DNA from: Atractiella rhizophila
Lineage: Eukaryota
Assembly (NCBI GenBank): GCA_021432655.1
Contig: MU271289.1
Span: 62,001-101,887 of the forward strand
Direction of reading: 5' to 3'
DNA: 39,887 nt
A program made the position numbers and the translations under genes. Under the pieces are notes generated by a model. It ran no database searches, had not been told where the DNA came from, and worked only from the letters and a program-made list of their open reading frames with translations. Position 1 is the first letter of the stretch; each line of letters opens with the position of its first letter. Positions 34,299 through 39,887 of this stretch are shown piece by piece.

Positions 34299-37200
34299 AT
34301 GGCACACTACCTCCAGGACGATCCCTACTCAAGCACCGAGCACAATCCCCTCACACACCGTCGGCCGACGAACTACTCCAACGCATCCTTCTCCAAGTCC
34401 GACGAGGCAGGCATCTACTACGACCCCAGGGACCCCAACTACGACAACTCCGATGCGAGGTCCTATCGCAGCTACAACTCCACCGCGCCCCTCAATCGCA
34501 ACCAAGGCTATCCGCCTTCGTCTAACGGACACGGAGGATACGGAGGCGGATACGCTGCTGGATATCCGCCTTACTCTCCTCCCATGCAGTCGCAATACGT
34601 CCCTCCGTCCGGAGTTCCCGTCTCTCTCCAACGCAACAAGACGACCACCACCCGCGGCAACTTTGTCGTCTCCTGTCCCGTCCCGGACAGCTTGAAACAT
34701 ATGATATCTAACGAAGTGAAGGGGATGGGAGTGAGGGAGGAAGAGGTGTACAAGATGCGGTATAGCGCGGTCACGTGTGATCCGGACGAGTTTAAGAATA
34801 AGGGATTCACTTTGAGAGGGAGCGAGTGGGGTAGAGAGTGCGAGCTCCTCGTCGTGGGTACCATGTACAATGAGGATGGTGAGCTTTTTGCTTTTTGGAT
34901 GTGTGGATGTGTCGATCTGTGGGAAGAGGTGCAGCTGCTCTATTTTCGGCTGATCTTCTGGTTGCTGCTATGTCAAATCCGCTAGCATGCCTCCCATGCA
35001 TATGCTAGAAAATGCTGCGCTGTGACATGTCATCCAATGTCAATGTCATCTGTTCCTATGTACACGATTCTGTGTCTAGGGGACAAATACAAGAGAATTA
35101 ATTACATGATTAGAGATATTGTTGTTGTGGAGAACTTATCAAAAATGAAGAGAGGGAGGACACATTCTTCGTCGCATACAACGAATGGAAGTGCTCCTAC
35201 ACCAATGGCAATTACGACATGTCTTCATTTATTGCGGCAAGGATCTTTGATCATTTGCTCCATCATCGCTGTCCTACTTCCTGATCCTCGCTGGTCATCA
35301 TGCTAATATTGCCAACCAACACAGAGGTCCTCTTCTGCCGCACATTCAACTCGATCGTCAAAAACGCCGCACACCTCGCCTCCCGAACCAAATCCAAGAC
35401 CTGGGGCACATCCAGCACTCCCGCCTGGCAAAAGATGACGGTGGTCATCGTCTCCGACGGTCGCTCCAAAGTGAACCAACGAACATTGAAGGTCCTCGGT
35501 CTGTTGGGAGTATACCAAGAAGGGGTGGCGAAGGATACGATCGCGGGAAAGGACGTGCAGGCTCATGTTTTCGAATATACCACCACCGTCACCGTCTCCC
35601 CTGAAGGCGATGTCAAGCCTTCGGGTATCCCGGTACAGGTCATCTTTTGTTTGAAGGAGCAGAATAAGAAGAAGTTGAACTCCCATCGTTGGTTCTTTAA
35701 TGCTTTTGCTAATACTCTGAAGCCGAACGTTTGCGTTTTGATCGAGTGCGTCTTTTCTTCTTGTGTTCGTATTTTTTGGAGGTATGGCTGATGGATGACG
35801 GGAAGTGTGGGCACGAAGCCGTCTGGGACGTCTATTTATCATCTTTGGAAGGCTTTCGATAAGGATAAAGAGATTGGAGGTGCCTGCGGAGAAATATGCG
35901 TAGACACAGGGCGGGGATGTGGTGGTCTCCTCAATCCATTGGTCGCCGCTCAGAACTTCGAGTACAAAATGTCGAGTGCGTCTCTCTCATGATCCCACCT
36001 TCCACTTCTCCAAGATTTTAATTTCTGACGGATAGATATCCTCGATAAGCCCCTCGAATCAGTCTTCGGTTACATTTCCGTATTGCCTGGTGCTTTCTCG
36101 GCCTATCGATATCGCGCTCTCCTCAACGATTCCAGAGGCGAAGGTCCTCTGGCTACTTATTTTAGGGGAGAGAAGTTCCATGAGCCGGGGTTCACAGCTG
36201 GCATCTTTGAGTCCAATATGTACCTCGCCGAAGATCGTGTCCTGTGTTTCGTGCGTCTCTTTCTTGCTCAGATAGTAGACTTTGGCTGAGAGAAAGGAAT
36301 CAGGAAATCGTGACGAAGAAACATGAGGCGTGGAAACTCAAAGTAGGTTTTTGCAGCTTCCTATGCCTCCTATGCTCAACAGTACGCTGTACAGTATGTC
36401 AAGAGCGCCAAAGCGAGCACAGACGTGCCTGAAAAAGGTTCGTCTTCTCTCTTTGTTCACAAAGATGGTTGAATTGATGAGGAAGGAAGTTCCTGAGTTT
36501 ATCTCTCAGCGACGACGATGGCTCAACGGATCTTTCTTCGCCGGTGTCTATGCCGTCGCTCTCTTTTATCGCATTTGGTCTTCTGGACAAAGCTTCTTCC
36601 GGAAAATTTGGCTCCAGATCGAATTCGCATACATCGCTTTCACGTGAGTTCCCTCGCCCTTTGTTCTGCTTGCGACGGGAAGAACCAACTGAGACATTCA
36701 ACAGCATACTGTTCACCTGGATCGCACCTGCGTAATATTTCTTCACCTGGTCTTAGTCCTCCGAGTCTAAATGTTGCGGAACAGTAACTTCTACCTCGCC
36801 TTCTTCTTCCTTACCGATTCTGCAACCTCTGACCCGAATAACGATCCGTTTGGTGGATCGGGAGCTGATGTCTTGCAAATCCTGACCAGCATTTACATCG
36901 GCCTCCTCTTCGTCATTCTTGGTATGCCTTCACACCCATTGTTTAACTCTTGGTGTTAAGTGGGCCATTTTACAGTTTGCGCTCTCGGGAATCGCCCGCA
37001 GGGCTCGAATCTCGCCTATACAGGAGTCATATTTTGTTTCGCAAGTAAGTCTAGTCTTGCCGTTGGATTATGGCGAATGCTAAACTCTGGTGCTCAGTCA
37101 TTTTCGGTATCACCCTCTATTGTGCTGCGTGGACCCTGTGCGCTCCCTCTCCTTCATTGCGTCGTCATGTCTGTTGATGTTTTGTTGAACTAGCTATGTT

Positions 37201-37990
37201 GCTCTGCCGCACAACTTCGCGGATTGGAAGGACTTCAACAAACTCCTCGAGGACAGCGCTATACGTAACATTCTCATCTCCATTCTAGCAACCTACGGTC
37301 TTTACATCGCCTCGAGCTTTCTTCACTTCGAGCCATGGCACATGTTCACTTCCTTCATTCAATACCTCTTCCTTCTTCCCTCCTTCGTCAATGTCCTCGG
37401 AATCTACTCCATGTCTAATTTGCATGACGTCTCTTGGGGCACGAAGGGTCAATCTGGACCAGCGAAGGACTTGGGAGCTGTGAAGACCGCCAAAGGGGAG
37501 AAGGAGGGGGAAGACACGTTAGAATATGATATGGCGAAGAAGGAAGATATCGATGCGATGTGGCACCAGATGAGGAAGGAAATGGGCGTGAAACAGATTG
37601 AAGTCCATCAAAAACGTGATGCGGACACGAGACAGAAGGATCATTACGCCAACTTCCGTACTAACGTTTGTCGCCTCCTTTGCAAAGCAAATAAGCAGAA
37701 TCCCTGACTCAAACGGTGCAATAGGTCGTGCTCTTGTATTTGGGGACCAACATCTTCCTCATCATCTTCTTTACTTCTAAATTCTGGCTCAACCTAGTCA
37801 AAGGCTTCGTGAACGACAAAGGGCAAGCAGTTAATCCTTATATGGTATTTATTTTCTGGTGCGTGTCCTCCTCCGTCTCTCTCTGAGAATATCGAACCTG
37901 AACCCGTTTTGCAGGAGTGTGGCTGGAACCTCAGCCTTCCGATTCTTCGGCAGTGTCTGGTACCTAATCCTGAGGGCAGTCGGTTGGTGA
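34299..37990 (+). CDS. CHS: Chitin synthase (division 1, class I-III), multi-exon
   Basis: [85 protein letters not shown]; ends YLILRAVGW*. Confidence 0.97.
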
Positions 37991-38430
37991 CGTTTTCGTG
38001 TTTCGTCATTTTGTTTCTTCTCCTACTCTCTTGAATTTGGACGTTGGTTATTCGTTGCAACGACTATTGAATAGTATTTACGCATACGCGCGTCTGAAAC
38101 TCCGTTTTTGTAATTACTACTGTCTCTACACTCCAAGACTGGATAACAATCCCATATACCTGATTCCTGATTATGCCTGAACCCATGAACCATTGCCTCT
38201 GTCTGCACCCGTGAGCCAAAATTTAACGTATTTTGGAGATCCTTTCGAATTCGTAGGAATACTAATGCGACCGTTGGAGAGCTGGTGCAGCATTGCTTGT
38301 TATCCCATATAGCTATAGTTGTGCAGACTGATCAGAACTATTACTCATAGAGAAAAAGTGCCAAAACTTTATCTTCCTCCAACGTCAACATTGGCAACGG
38401 GCAACATTTCAAAAGGACCACTTGCTCAAA

Positions 38431-39887
38431 ATGTCTGCTAGCGCAACCCATAATTCTCCCTTCATTCCTCACATCTCACATAGTCAAATCCCAGTCGGAA
38501 CGCAAGGTGGCGAAGGAGGAAGTGAGCTGGCTGAAGGAGCGACTTGGAGAGTACGAACAGACACATGAAAAGTTAGAGCGTATGCAACAGGAAGAAACCC
38601 AATGGGAGGCTAGGGTGAGATTCTCACTATTGGTTGATGCTGTGGGAAGAGTGGAACCGTGTTCTGTCCATGCTTTCTGGCCTGTCCGTTGAATTGCAAG
38701 ACTCAGCAAAATGTAAAGGCAGTCAAAGCGCCTATAACTTCTCTGCGTTTGCTTCAGAGGCTCTTAATACAATATCCCTTGTATCAATAAACACCTATTC
38801 TCGATGAAAGTATGGCGTTTCTTCTTGCTAAACATCTGCTGCAACTGCTAAACGAAATTTGCTGCCACAAAGCTTGCGGACTAGTTGTGCTTGCATTGGC
38901 GGTTGATGCCTTTCCAGCATTCTACCATGACCACGTCCCTGCCAAAGCTGCAATATGGGCAGCATTCTCTTATATCCTCGTTGCGCAGGGAAGGACATTA
39001 AATGTATTTTACGTACTACTACATTTTCTCCTGCGTGAAGTGCAAGTAAAGCTGAAATGAAGTCCACCACCATATGAACAGATACCAGATGCATCTCCTT
39101 CTGCTGCCTACTTCCCAAGCGAACTGGTTCAGCCAAACACCATAACGCTGCGTCTGAACCCTCCTACCTTCCGTCCATTCTCCAATTCAGCGTCGTCTCC
39201 AACAAGCACATCATCCGCCGCTTCATCTCCCGAGGAACACGAACCTATATACTATGCCTCATACAGCGTGGCCCAAGCGCGCTCCTTCATCCCGCGTCGA
39301 ATAGAGGGTACGTTGTTCTCGATTCAGGAGGTAATCAGATTAATGCCTAGTCCAGAGATTAGGCGGAGCATAAGAGAAAAGGAAGAGCGAGTTCGGCTTC
39401 TTGAACAGTCAAAGGACGAGGCGTGGTCAGTGCCGGACGACTGGAAGATCACAGCTACGGGACAAGTGCGTTGTTCTCTACTACTCGCTTCAGCTGCATA
39501 TTGATTTTGGGAGCATAGGTGCTAAACGAAGATAATCTCCCCATCTTCGACATTTATGAGGAAGAGCCACCGGCCCCATCCACTTCCACTTCCGCTTCCC
39601 CTTCTGCAACTTCTGATGCTCTTCCCCACCCGCAAACGCCAAAGAGGAACTTCTTGATCTCAAATAAAAGCGGGTGGAAGCCTCCCAACAAACGCGACAT
39701 TGTGAATGGAGAAGGAATACCAATACTTGGGCTACATCCTACAGGAGAGAAAGCGAGTCCTGTTGCGAGTACGAGCAGAGAGAAGTTAAGAATCTCGGAT
39801 GAGACTCATAGGATGCTGGATGAGTTGGAGGTTGAGGAGGAATTGGAGGAGCTGCAGAAGAAGGAAACAGGGGACATGGAAGCAGAG
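38431..39887 (+). CDS. URI/Bud27-like unconventional prefoldin; 3'-incomplete, start uncertain
   Basis: Splicing out 38615-39081 gives WLKERLGEYEQTHEKL..WEAR|IPDASPSAAYFPSELVQPNTITLRL..YYASYSVAQARSFIPRRIE (alpha-prefoldin-like). The next exon has VLNEDNLPIFDIYEE and an acidic LDELEVEEE segment, as in URI-type proteins. Confidence 0.6.

Noticed and set aside
1..39887. CRISPR arrays, rRNA or intact transposons
   Set aside because: Eukaryotic gene-dense DNA; no repeat-spacer array, rRNA-like sequence, transposase, integrase or reverse transcriptase motifs were seen.

Overview
Intron-rich fungal genomic DNA, most likely a basidiomycete: introns are mostly about 50 nt GT-AG, there are several micro-exons, and the ORF track fragments most genes. 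Gene order: a KDM3-type JmjC protein lacking both Fe-binding His (+, 5'-incomplete); a cupin (-) divergent from a small Zn2Cys6 regulator (+); PRPP synthetase (+); an ~893-aa multidomain RNA end-healing/sealing protein (-; degenerate 2H-like domain, CX5R phosphatase, P-loop kinase, ATP-dependent ligase) whose 5' end is tandemly duplicated with a 227-bp period; a ~4.65-kb tandem duplication (cupin, metallo-beta-lactamase-fold hydrolase, MetR/Cys-3-like bZIP) joined by an A22 run, in which copy A has a frameshifted hydrolase and a 5'-truncated but protein-identical bZIP; then LIM-domain-binding-like protein (-), chorismate mutase (+), Grc3/Nol9 kinase (-), Hcs1/IGHMBP2 helicase (-), chitin synthase (+) and the start of a URI/Bud27-like prefoldin (+). 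The best candidate for an under-described system is the stand-alone RNA-repair protein together with the rearranged 9.6-19.9 kb block beside it. Exon joins were made by eye and family calls come from remembered motifs; no searches were run.
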